A stretch of 64,000 nucleotides of DNA from Podarcis erhardii. Lineage: Eukaryota. The DNA is taken from the NCBI GenBank assembly GCA_964252035.1, contig OZ176205.1. One strand, 5' to 3'. How positions within the stretch are numbered: position 1 is the first letter of the stretch; every line of letters begins with the position of its first letter. Below, one piece after another: positions 1 through 10,080 of this stretch. Made by a program: the position numbers and the translations under genes. A model generated the notes under the pieces. That model was not told where the DNA came from. It was given only the letters and a program-made list of their open reading frames with translations, and made no database searches.

Positions 1-110
1 TTTAAGGCAGCATAGAGAAAGCACTTTAGAACTTTCCTTTTGAACTTGCCTTTGGAATGAAGCAGCACAGATGCAGCTTGTATAAAGCAGCATGATTTAA
101 AGCAGCAGAC

Positions 111-3100
111 ATGACGCAGAAGGCTAATGCCAGAGTCATGATGGCCCTTCAGGATGCTTGTGGAATTCCTAAGCTCAATAAGAATAACTATGCGGACTGG
201 GTTCTCTATGCAGAGGCTATTCTGCGGAAAGAGGGTCTGTTTGAAGTTATTACAGACACCCCCCCAGCTCCAGTCACAGATGCATGGGAAGCTAAAGATT
301 CCAAAGCAAGGGGAACTCTTACATTGATAGTATCCCCAGAAGAGCTCTGTCTATTGCGTGATAAGACCTCAGCCAGACAAATTTGGGACGCTTTGAGAGA
401 GGCTCACTTGAGGACAGAAGCTGGATCCACTATGTTTTACTTTAACAAGCTGCATAATATGGCTCTTGCTGAAGGTGGAGATGTGCGTAAACATCTGATG
501 GAGATGCAGAATCTGAGACATGAGCTGCAACAGAGAGGACTCAACTTTCCAGAGGCTGTGTATTCCTTCATGATACTACAATCTTTGGGTTCAGGTTGGG
601 AGTCTGTTGCGACTCAGATTGCTGTACAGCCTACTGCTCAGCTGACAGTGGACTATGTTACTGCCGTAATTCTCAATGAAGCAGATCGCCGTGGTGCTAG
701 CTGCATGGGCAAGCGGGAGACTTCGCAGACGTCATCCCATAGTGCAGTGGAACCACCAGATGGCGCCAAAGCTTTGAAGGCAGTGAAATGCTACTCGTGT
801 GGACATCTAGGCCATATGAAGAGGGAATGCAAAAATCCCAGGGCCAAGACAGAGCAGCGCAGTGAAAGCTCATCGCGTGGAAAAGGCCGAGGCAAAGGCA
901 AAGGTCCAGTGTCCAGGACAACGCAGCCCAAGGCAATGGTCTCACGCTTCACTCCAAAAGTTGCAGAGGTCCAGAAGACGTCTAGATCTTTCTTCGTGGT
1001 TGATTCAGCAGCGACCCACCACATGTGCAACGATAAGCGACTGTTCGTGTCTTTTACACCGCAGGAAGGTGCGATTCACCAGGCGGATGACCACACAATC
1101 CCAAGTAAAGGCTACGGAACTGTTGTTCTTCACAGTTTGGACTTATCGATACAGAATGTGCTTTATGTGCCGGATGCCAAACATAATCTGCTCAGCGTTG
1201 GACAGCTGAATGAGCGGAATATTGACGTTTCCTTTAAGAACAAAAGGTGCATCATCACAAAGAAAAATGATTATGTATTGTATGCTGAATATGTTGATCG
1301 TTTGTATGTTTTGTATTATGATGATGTTGTGCAGGATGACACTTGTTGCATTGCAGGTACTAACAAAAGTTTGCATGCAGAATGTATTCACGATTTTCAT
1401 CGAAAATTTGGTCATTTGCATTTTGAGGCAGTATCTAAGATGCCTGCCTTGGTTGAAGGTATGACTATTAAACCCTGCAGGTACCACATGAAGTGCAAGG
1501 CATGCGCAGCAAACAAGGTAAAAATGGCTGCGAAAGGTAAGGTGTCTAGTAGGCAAGCTACAGAACCATACCAAATTGTTCATGCTGATTTGGTTGGGCC
1601 ACTAGCGCCCTCTTTGGGAGGAAACAGGTACTTCATGGTTCTCATTGATGCATTTTCCAGGTATATTTATGTGTACAATCTCAAGCAGAAATCAGAGGCT
1701 TTTCCTAGGTTCAAGGAATTCTGTGCTTGGTTGGAAAATGTGCATGGTAAGAAGGTAAAGACTCTTTTCAGTGATCGTGGGGGAGAATTCACTTCTCAGC
1801 AGTTTGAAGCTTTTCTGACTGAGAAAGGAATTCAACACGATTTGTCTAGTCCTCGCTCGCCATGGCAGAATGGACTTGCGGAACGAGCAAATCAGACATT
1901 GCTTCAAGGGTTAAAAACCTTGCTGCATGATGCTAATCTTCCAGAGAGTTATTGGGCCGAAGCTCTCTCATGTTTCACTTACAGTTATAATCGCAGGTTA
2001 TCTTCAGCGATTGGTTGTACCCCGTATGAGAAGATGTTTGGCAAGAAGCCATACATCAAACACATGAAAATTTTTGGTTCTGACATGTGGGTTCACTCAC
2101 CACAAAACTCCAAGTTAGACAAGCGTGGATTGCATGGTATCTTTCTAGGTTATCAGAAAGGGTCTTACAGAATAATGATGACTGACTCAAAGGCAATTAA
2201 GCTCACAAGAAGTGTTGAGTACAATGCCAAGTGGGGGGAGAATGTGGGAATTTTCCAGTGTTATCCTGATGACAGTGATGAGACTGAGGATAGTCAAAAG
2301 CAACCACAACAACCCACACCCACTGATGAAGGTTCTGATTCTGAGTCTGAAACTGAATCGGGTGATTCAGAGGATTTCGAGAGTGCGAAAGCCTCTATGC
2401 GACCCTCTGAAAGCTCTGATCAAGAATTGGAGGAACCATTGTTCACAATAGGTCACTTTTCTCCCAAGAAGGAAGAGGAGAGTGTTGAAGACCTAAGGCT
2501 AATTCGCAGATCACAAAGAGCCACAAAAGGCAGACCTCCAAAGAGATTTGCTGATGAGTTTGCTAAGATAACAGTAACAGCTGTTAAAAGCTCCAAGAAG
2601 GTATTTGAACCTTCAAGTTTCCAAGAAATCCAGGATTTGGATTCAAAGGAAGCTGAGCCATGGTTAAATGCAATGAAGGCTGAGCTTGATTCCTTGGAAA
2701 GGAACAAAACATGGGACCTAGTTCCAGTAGTTCCAGGAATGAAACTGCTTGGAAGCAAATGGGTCTTCAAAGCGAAGACTGATCAAAATGGCAAGATAGT
2801 CAGACACAAAGCCAGATTGGTAGCCAGAGGTTTTGCACAGGTACCAGGTGAAGACTATCACGAGACCTACTCACCCACAGTGAGGTATGAGAGCATTAGG
2901 CTTATGCTCAAGCTAGCTGCAGAGGAGAATCTACACATTAGTCACCATGATGTAAATACAGCTTTTCTGTACGGATCTCTAGATGAATCACTTTATATGC
3001 TTCCACCTGATGGCGTACAGGTAAAACAGGGATTTGTTTGTGCTCTGAAGAAGTCCCTTTATGGTCTCAAACAAAGTGCACGGTGTTGGCACACAAAACT

Positions 3101-4139
3101 CACTGAAGTATTGTTTTCTCTAGGTTTTAAGCAAGGGAAAGCTGATCCATGTGTATTTGTCAAAGAGGAGGGGCAAAAGAAACTGTATTGTTTGTTTTAT
3201 GTTGATGATCTTTTATTCTTTTGGAAAGATGTCACAATGTACAATAACGCCCTAGCTCAACTGAAAGAGCACTTTGACATGAAAGATCTTGGTGAGGTAA
3301 ACAACTACCTATCTCTGGAAATAGAGAGAGATCAAGATGGTAACATACTAGTACACCAGTCACGGAAAATTGCTGATGTGTTAAGCAAACTAAACCTGAT
3401 GGATGCTAACCCTGTAGACACACCGATGACAACAGGTTATCAGGTAGATGACACTGAAGAAGCATTTTCTGACACTACACTGTACAGAAGTGTGCTAGGC
3501 AAGCTAAACTTCATTGCCAGATGTTCAAGACCAGACATTGCTGTTAGCTGTAATTTGCTAAGCAGACAAGTCAACAATCCTACTGTTAAGGATTGGAAAG
3601 CTCTGAAACGCATAGCGCGGTATTTGAAAGGCACTATGCATTACAGACTGAGATTTAACAATCAGAAGTCTGGTGGTCTTGAAATATTTGCAGATGCAAG
3701 TTTTGGAAGTGACACTACAGACAGGAAAAGTACGTCTGGAGTTTGCTATATGTACAATCAGGGTCTATTTGATTGGTCATGCAAGAAGCAAACAACAGTT
3801 AGCTTAAGTACTTGTGAAGCTGAACTGAACGCACTGTCTTATTCACTTAAAGATTGTGAATGGTTGTTACAATTGTGCAAAGACATGAAAATTCCTGTCA
3901 AATGTCCAATCCAGGTTTACCAGGACAACAAAGCATGTTTGGCTTTGCTGAATTCTGAAGGTTGTAAGCAAAGCACAAAGCACTTGCAATTGAAGTTGCA
4001 ACATGCTAGGGAACGTATTCAAAAGGGATTCGTAACGGTGTCCTATATGCCAGGTAATGAAATTCCTGCTGATGTATTGTCCAAGATTGTATCAAGGGAT
4101 CAACACTGTACCTATGTGCAGAAGTTGGGTTTGTACTGA
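111..4139 (+). CDS. Ty1/Copia Gag-Pol polyprotein (Gag, CCHC knuckle, protease, integrase, RT, RNase H), uninterrupted 1342 aa
   Basis: CYSCGHLGHMKREC knuckle (789-830); protease FVVDSAATHHM (D at 1002); HRKFGH...CKAC Zn finger; integrase HADLVG/FSDRGGEF/NGLAERAN; RT WLNAMKAEL, LKKSLYGLKQSAR, FYVDDL (3198-3209); RNase H FADASF/CEAE/QDNKA. Order PR-IN-RT-RH is diagnostic of Copia. Confidence 0.98.
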   Translation: MTQKANARVMMALQDACGIPKLNKNNYADWVLYAEAILRKEGLFEVITDTPPAPVTDAWEAKDSKARGTLTLIVSPEELCLLRDKTSARQIWDALREAHLRTEAGSTMFYFNKLHNMALAEGGDVRKHLMEMQNLRHELQQRGLNFPEAVYSFMILQSLGSGWESVATQIAVQPTAQLTVDYVTAVILNEADRRGASCMGKRETSQTSSHSAVEPPDGAKALKAVKCYSCGHLGHMKRECKNPRAKTEQRSESSSRGKGRGKGKGPVSRTTQPKAMVSRFTPKVAEVQKTSRSFFVVDSAATHHMCNDKRLFVSFTPQEGAIHQADDHTIPSKGYGTVVLHSLDLSIQNVLYVPDAKHNLLSVGQLNERNIDVSFKNKRCIITKKNDYVLYAEYVDRLYVLYYDDVVQDDTCCIAGTNKSLHAECIHDFHRKFGHLHFEAVSKMPALVEGMTIKPCRYHMKCKACAANKVKMAAKGKVSSRQATEPYQIVHADLVGPLAPSLGGNRYFMVLIDAFSRYIYVYNLKQKSEAFPRFKEFCAWLENVHGKKVKTLFSDRGGEFTSQQFEAFLTEKGIQHDLSSPRSPWQNGLAERANQTLLQGLKTLLHDANLPESYWAEALSCFTYSYNRRLSSAIGCTPYEKMFGKKPYIKHMKIFGSDMWVHSPQNSKLDKRGLHGIFLGYQKGSYRIMMTDSKAIKLTRSVEYNAKWGENVGIFQCYPDDSDETEDSQKQPQQPTPTDEGSDSESETESGDSEDFESAKASMRPSESSDQELEEPLFTIGHFSPKKEEESVEDLRLIRRSQRATKGRPPKRFADEFAKITVTAVKSSKKVFEPSSFQEIQDLDSKEAEPWLNAMKAELDSLERNKTWDLVPVVPGMKLLGSKWVFKAKTDQNGKIVRHKARLVARGFAQVPGEDYHETYSPTVRYESIRLMLKLAAEENLHISHHDVNTAFLYGSLDESLYMLPPDGVQVKQGFVCALKKSLYGLKQSARCWHTKLTEVLFSLGFKQGKADPCVFVKEEGQKKLYCLFYVDDLLFFWKDVTMYNNALAQLKEHFDMKDLGEVNNYLSLEIERDQDGNILVHQSRKIADVLSKLNLMDANPVDTPMTTGYQVDDTEEAFSDTTLYRSVLGKLNFIARCSRPDIAVSCNLLSRQVNNPTVKDWKALKRIARYLKGTMHYRLRFNNQKSGGLEIFADASFGSDTTDRKSTSGVCYMYNQGLFDWSCKKQTTVSLSTCEAELNALSYSLKDCEWLLQLCKDMKIPVKCPIQVYQDNKACLALLNSEGCKQSTKHLQLKLQHARERIQKGFVTVSYMPGNEIPADVLSKIVSRDQHCTYVQKLGLY

Positions 4140-4186
4140 TATTGTACGAACACGCTGCCCAGTGATGTTCACAGAAAGGGGGAGGA

Positions 4187-4499
4187 TGTTGGTTTCTGCT
4201 CTCTTCACTGTGCAGCGAAGTGCTTGTCACAAGACAATATTTACATTCCACAGTCTGTACTGTTGGGTTTTCCCATGGGAAAGGGAGACTGGATGTGACG
4301 TACACTGGTTTCCTGTTTTTCACTGTTCTTTGCAGTTCAGTGTGTGCTTTAGAGGAGAGAGGATGCTTTTCTCTGCTCCGGCAGAGGCAAGATGTTTTTT
4401 CTGTAACATACCAGCTTTGAAGTGTAAATAAAGCAATATACAGTATGTAGCACGTACTCCTCATCCTTCCGCTGTGCACGGGACTACTGCTTATCAACA
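4187..4499 (+). repeat. Copia 3' LTR (313 bp)
   Basis: Starts TGTTGG directly after the PPT and ends ATCAACA (terminal inverted repeat); AATAAA at 4427-4432. Confidence 0.88.
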
Positions 4500-4849
4500 C
4501 TCGTCCTCTGTCGTCCCCTTCTCCTTGTGCCCTCCATCTTACCCAACATCAGGGTCTTTTCCAGGGAGTCTTCTCTTCTCATGAGGTGGCCAAAGTATTG
4601 GAGCCTCAGCTTCATGATCTGTCCTTCCAGTGAGCACTCAGGGCTGATTTCCTTAAGAATGGATAGGTTTGATCTTCTTGCAGTCCATGGGCCTCTCAAG
4701 CATCTCTTCCAGCACCATAATTCAAAAGCATCAATTCTTCAGCGATCAGCCTTCTTTATGGTCCAGCTCTCACTTCCATACATCACTACTGGGAAAACCA
4801 TAGCTTTAACTATACAGACCTTTGTTGGCAAGGTGATGTCTCTGCTTTT
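4500..4849 (-). mobile_element. BovB (RTE clade) LINE 3' fragment, interrupted by the Copia insertion
   Basis: Minus frame reads SNLSILKEISPECSLEGQIMKLRLQYFGHLMRREDSLEKTLMLGKMEGTRRRGRQR, a typical BovB RT C-terminus; it stops abruptly at the LTR end. Confidence 0.92.
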
Positions 4850-5014
4850 ACCCTGGACCTCCTCAAACCAGGCAGCCAGTGGGGCATGAAGAAACCCCAA
4901 ACTGACACAACTGCTGAATTAATGTAGACAATACCCCCCCCCACACACACTACACTACAAAAGATACGTTGGCTGGATCCTAAGGCTGAGTTTTAGGAGA
5001 GATACAGTCCCTCA

Positions 5015-5105
5015 GGGGGAGCGTAGCTCAGTGATGACACACACACTTTGCATGTGAGAAGTCCTAGGTTCAATCCTCAGACTCTCCAGGTAGAATTGGG
5101 AAATC
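5015..5105 (+). mobile_element. tRNA-derived SINE head fragment
   Basis: TAGCTCAGTG (A box)...CTTTGCATG...GGTTCAATCC (B box); related copies at 18123, 11998 and 38915. Confidence 0.6.
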
Positions 5106-5509
5106 ATGGGGAGTTGCTGCCTGCCAGTGAATACCCTGGGCAGTGGTTAGAGATCATGGGAGTTGTAGTTCAATAGCAAGTGGAGGGGTCAGAGCTTCTC
5201 ACAGTGGTGTAGGCAAATATTGTGTTGGGTGAACTAGACAAATTCCTCCCTTTATGGAAGTTACCTATGTTCCTTGTTCACAGGAGCGACATATTTTCAC
5301 CAACTGCAACTTGGAGAGTATTCATCCAACAACCAGTAAATACAAATTGCAGTTTAAATGAAAGCATTGAAGGGTTTAATCCCTTGGGAAAAGTGCTTTT
5401 GGTAAACTAATCGCAATACAAGGGAACAAAGTATTCACTACACTTGCTGTTGTACCACAGTGGAAGTCATTCTCCTTTTTTTCTTTCCTTTCTCCCGTTC
5501 TCTGGATAG

Positions 5510-5572
5510 CATTGCCGAGGAAAACTCAAGACACATATAATGGTCCAGGAAATATGTTTGCGGTTACCAACG
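5510..5572 (+). CDS. IL23R: IL23R extracellular stalk exon (xLPRKTQDTYNGPGNMFAVTN)
   Basis: Long polypyrimidine tract + TAG acceptor, G|GTAGG donor, 63 bp, phase 1-1. Confidence 0.7.
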
Positions 5573-6613
5573 GTAGGAAATGTCTCTGTGTCAGGTTTCC
5601 AGAAGAGAGGTTTTCTGTGTTACCAGATTTGGGAGGGTTTTTTGGTTGTTGGGTTGTTGGTGTTTTTACACCAGCCAGTGATAACATCTCAAAGAGGTGG
5701 GAACTGAGTGCAGCATTCACTGACGTGATTATAGGGAAATGAAAGTTCAGGGTGTTTTCACACATAAAAGAGCTAACTCAAATTATTCTCAATCCAGAGA
5801 CATCCTAGGTTGAATATACAATATGAAAATACTCATATGAACTTTTAATGGTTGATTTTTAAAATTGTCAGTCAAGTGGCTAAAGGCACACAGAGGAGAT
5901 TTGGTGTACATAAAACAACAGGGGTGAGCTGACGTGTTTGCTCTTCAGGAAACATAACCTGCTATCACCAATTGCTATCTTGCTCCATACAGTATCTCAC
6001 ATTCTATCAAACTGGCATGGTACCTCTCCCAATTTACTCAAGACTTGATTTGTCAAATGTGGATCTAATTATGCTACTATCTAGTTTGCCAAGGAAACAC
6101 AATTCTCTAGTTAAACATCTTTATCACTCTGCTAAAGATAAGAAAGGCTAACAATGTGTATCTTGCGTAGCAAGTGCCATTGCCATCATATTCATGAGTT
6201 CTATTGAATTTGTCAAGCATGGTCAAACCAAAGCTTCATAATAAGCATAAGGCTCCCAGCCAGTTTCAGTGGCAACTTGTACTGAAATACATTATAAGGA
6301 ACCTTGACAATTTGAAAAGCCCTCCTCGGTGCATCAGCTTAGCCATTCAGTGGTTGATATGGCATCATGTGAACAGCTATGAGTAGAAGCACATGGTTGT
6401 CTATACAGGACACATTTCTAAGATGCAGGCTCAGCAAAAGCAGGAACAAAGCACTGTGATGATATACATCTGAACTTCACAAGCAATTGGTCAAGCATCA
6501 TAAAGTTATGATGAATTGATTTTATTCAGCAAGTGAGGTGTACCCTGAGTTAATTCTGAATACACATATGGTGTAAAATCAAAGTGCTGATCATTTCTCT
6601 CTCTCTTTTTAAG

Positions 6614-6713
6614 GTGATGGTGATGATGGTGGTGGTGTTCTGTGGGGAACTGGCTTTGGAATGTTCTTCTTATTTATAATTATTTTGAGTTTGATTGCTA
6701 CAAACATTAAGAG
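6614..6713 (+). CDS. IL23R: IL23R transmembrane exon (GDGDDGGGVLWGTGFGMFFLFIIILSLIATNIKR)
   Basis: tttttaag acceptor, AG|GTACAA donor, hydrophobic helix followed by KR. Confidence 0.85.
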
Positions 6714-7369
6714 GTACAAGCGTGAAGTGTTTCCCCAGACTTTTCTCCTTAGCCTTCGAGCAAATGTTTCAATCTTGGAAAATGTGTGTGCAGTGCCTGT
6801 TTGCGTTCATATTTTCCCTTATTAAAGCAGGGCAAGGGTGATGGTTTTGTAATTGATTTGTAAAGTTATTTAGGGCTGGTGAAAGATTGGTCCTTAGCTG
6901 TAATACAATATCTGACTGCAGTTAGGCTGAAATTGATGGCAAAGCTGTGTATTTAAGTGTAAAACAACTGAAAAGCAGGATGTGAGGCAACTTCATGCAT
7001 AGATATGACATGACATATTTGACAAAAGATTTTCTCCACTCTCCACTTTCCTCATCAGAGCTATTTTTCTCTCAACGAGAAATGTGCTGGGGGTGGAAGA
7101 GTGATCTGGGAAGGGGCTCTGGAAGAACAGAGAAAGGGTTCAGCGCTGCTCCTAGTCGCTTGCCACTATTGCACCAAAATCATTCCAGACCCCATTTCAC
7201 TTGTGTTTCTTGGTAACTGCATTTGAAGGCAAGGAGCTGCAACCATTACATATAATTCTGCTCTCAACCTTATCTAAACTACATAAGCATTTCCAATCCA
7301 ATAATGAATCTGAACCGTGATCAGTTCTTCCAAAATGCAATTCATGTGTTGTGCTTTTTTTAAAAAAAG

Positions 7370-7460
7370 GGTTAAAACAGCATTTTGGTCGATAACACCG
7401 AAATGGCTTTTTGAAGATTATCCTAGAGTGCAGAACAGCAGTGTGATCAAATCACTTCAG
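7370..7460 (+). CDS. IL23R: IL23R Box1 exon (VKTAFWSITPKWLFEDYPRVQNSSVIKSLQ)
   Basis: Matches recalled human IPKWLYEDIPNMKNSNVVKMLQ; CAG|GTAACT donor; phase 2-0. Confidence 0.9.
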
Positions 7461-8457
7461 GTAACTCCACAAGTCAACATTCTGTTTATTTAATGTGTCT
7501 AAAGAAACTAGAGTGAAGCAAGGTGGCACCTTGCATTTGTAGGAAGAAATGTTTGCATGACTTTAAAAACAGCAACAGCCCTGTATGCTTTATTTTATGA
7601 CCATTACATTCAGCATATGTTGTGGACCTCTTTGGCTATTGCTTCTCATGTTCATCTCTCTACATGGCATGATCAAGACTTTGCACTCCTTCCCCTTGCT
7701 ACAAGTGCAACATAAAATTGCCAGATTAGGAGATCCAAATTTACCTAAATGTGGAATTGCTTAAGATAATATATGACTTGATCTACTATTATCAGCATTC
7801 ATCACCCATTGTTCAACTTAGTTCCATAGCTATTCATTCTTACATTCAAGTGTAACCTTAACTTTAAATCACGTGTGAATACTCTCTTCTCTTTCTATGC
7901 GTAAACAAAGGCTTGCAGTAATTAAAATGGACCAACTCCATTAACTTCTGACTTAAAAGCATAAAGGGGAAATAGTTCAGTATCAAACAACAAGAAAAGC
8001 AACAAAGAAATTCCTGCCCATATACTAGCCTTAACTCTGCAATCCTGAAGAGCTGCTGTCAGCCAGAGTGGACAATAGTGGGCTAGATTATGGACAAGTC
8101 TGACCTAGGATAAGACCTTATCTACAGAACTAGCCAGACATTCACCCTCATGAGATTCCCATCACATGAGAGGAAAGAATGGAACTATAAAGTTAATCAC
8201 AACTTAACTTTAGATAGATTGGTTCAAGTTGCATTGCATAGATTTTGCCTATATCCACATATGCAAACCTTATTTTAACATTTATGTAGTTATCTTTTTA
8301 TTCAGGTTTCCTATCAGTTTTACAGATGCCTCAATTTATTTTATTATAATGTGTCATTTCTGTGTTAATTACCCTAGACTAGATATTGAAACTGAATAGC
8401 TGTTTGCTGCCTCCTCCTGCCTACATTTTATTAATTTTTTCTGCAATTGTTTCTTAG

Positions 8458-9081
8458 GGGGAAAATGGTGGCATAACACACAATTCCACTGGGTTGTTCA
8501 TCGATCATGAGGATGCTGTAGTAACTGAAGTGGAGGAGACACTGGTACACAAGGAGTATAAGGTTGTAGATCATAAAGAGGAAACTAGAGAAGCAGTTCT
8601 GGATAATGTTAACATTCCAGAAGACATACTGTTTGTTGGCAATTCGGACACAACGGAGGAAAATGGCTACAAACCTCAGATTTCCAGCCCAGCAGTCTTA
8701 CAAGACAGTACTTATGAAATACATTCGCAAAGCCCAGATAAAAAACCAAACACCCCAGCTTTGCCTGTGAGTAGTTTAATAAAGGATTTCCCAAGTCCCA
8801 TGGCTACCACATGGCCTATTGTTGGTACCAATGAAAATACATTTTTATTTGATAAAATCAGTCTTGTTTTGAACAACAGTAAAAGTGGACAGAGCAACAT
8901 GGTCAGCTCAACAGATGAAGAGCCACATACACCAACAGAAAACCAATGGAGGCCCCTACTTTCAGATGATGATACTCAAGAACAGACCTTAATACCAGAT
9001 GAACTTCTCTCTTGCTTAAATGCTGTGAATGAAGATTCTTCCGATATAATGTCTTACTTTCCTCAAAACGTTGCAAAGTAA
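8458..9081 (+). CDS. IL23R: IL23R terminal exon, cytoplasmic tail
   Basis: ttcttag acceptor in frame with ORF 8494-9081; GYKPQ and SYFPQN YxxQ STAT motifs as in mammalian IL23R. Confidence 0.93.
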   Translation, partial: GENGGITHNSTGLFIDHEDAVVTEVEETLVHKEYKVVDHKEETREAVLDNVNIPEDILFVGNSDTTEENGYKPQISSPAVLQDSTYEIHSQSPDKKPNTPALPVSSLIKDFPSPMATTWPIVGTNENTFLFDKISLVLNNSKSGQSNMVSSTDEEPHTPTENQWRPLLSDDDTQEQTLIPDELLSCLNAVNEDSSDIMSYFPQNVAK

Positions 9082-9789
9082 CTTTCTTATTAGGACGGAA
9101 TATAAGATTTCTGCAACCATGATAAACAACCTTGTTCTGCATTTTCAAGTAGAATAACTCAAAGTATCCTCAACATTCTCAGTTCTCGTTGTCCAATTTA
9201 AAAAAACAAAAGAAAACAGCTGCAGTTGCAACCATAGCATTAATTTCTCATGCCACTTTCTTACCTTGAGATGAGACCAGAATGCCATCTTGTGAATCCT
9301 CTTCTAAGAGGCAAAATATTTCATCATATGAGCCTATCGTAGTTATCAGCTGCATCGACTGGAAGTGCAGGGTTTCCAGCCAAGCAACTGCACAGCAAGT
9401 AACTACAGATAACCCAAGCAAGTGAGCCAAAGCCAGGTAAAGGCAAAGATATCTCAAGATCCCTATAGTCTTGCTGAAGGAAAAAATATTCACAATTATG
9501 ATGAACAGCAAGATAAGTGTGACCCAAATCAAGACATGGAGAAATTTTTATTTGGTTACAATTCCACCATACCTGACATCTTGTCTCTATAGTTGTATCA
9601 GTTTCCAATGCCACCAAGAAGGGGAAGAATTTAATTATGAGGCTGCCCCCCCCCAGTTTATCCAACTCTTGATCAAATATGTTTCTAATAGGGGTCAATT
9701 CCTTTCCAGCTGCAAGCGCTGTTCTTCTACAGTTGCCCAGTTGGCGCTGACCCATGACGGGGCCTTTTCTTTCTTTTTTAAAAATAGTA

Positions 9790-10080
9790 TTTATTCAAAT
9801 TTTAAAGATTACAAAGAGAAACAATAAAAAATAAAAATAAAAAAGACATAAGAAAACCAATTTTCTTGTCCAAATTGTAAGCCTCCATTATCTGATAATA
9901 ATGAAGCCAATCTCGCACTTTGTTTTTTAGTTTTTCATAACTCTGCAGTTTTAATCTGTCTCCTTCTTGTTCCCATGACAGGGCCTTTTCAATGATGGTT
10001 CCCTGTTTGTGGAATTCCCTCTCTAGTGAGGTGTTTCTGCTTCCATCGTCATTAACTTTCCAGAGGAATTTGAAAAACAT
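9790..10080 (-). mobile_element. Probable L1-clade LINE ORF2 fragment with A/T-rich tail
   Basis: Minus frame KLQSYEKLKNKVRDWLHYYQIMEAYNLDKKIGF resembles recalled lizard L1 ORF2; AATAAA and A-rich end on minus. Confidence 0.45.

Larger units (their letters stand above)
1..4499 (+). mobile_element. Ty1/Copia LTR retrotransposon, 5' LTR and PBS lie upstream of the window
   Basis: Full Gag-Pol ORF, polypurine tract AGAAAGGGGGAGGA (4173-4186), then an LTR bounded by TGTTG...CAACA. Confidence 0.95.
5510..9081 (+). other. IL23R: IL23R 3' part of gene; CDS join(5510..5572,6614..6713,7370..7460,8458..9081)
   Basis: GT-AG exons with matching phases; TM, Box1-type and cytoplasmic tail resemble IL23R; synteny with IL12RB2 and SERBP1. 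Confidence 0.88.

Noticed and set aside
4006-4500. ORFs after Copia pol (4057-4431 +, 4006-4500 -) as a possible env-like gene
   Set aside because: They overlap RNase H and the LTR, are short, and show no signal peptide, TM or fusion-peptide pattern.
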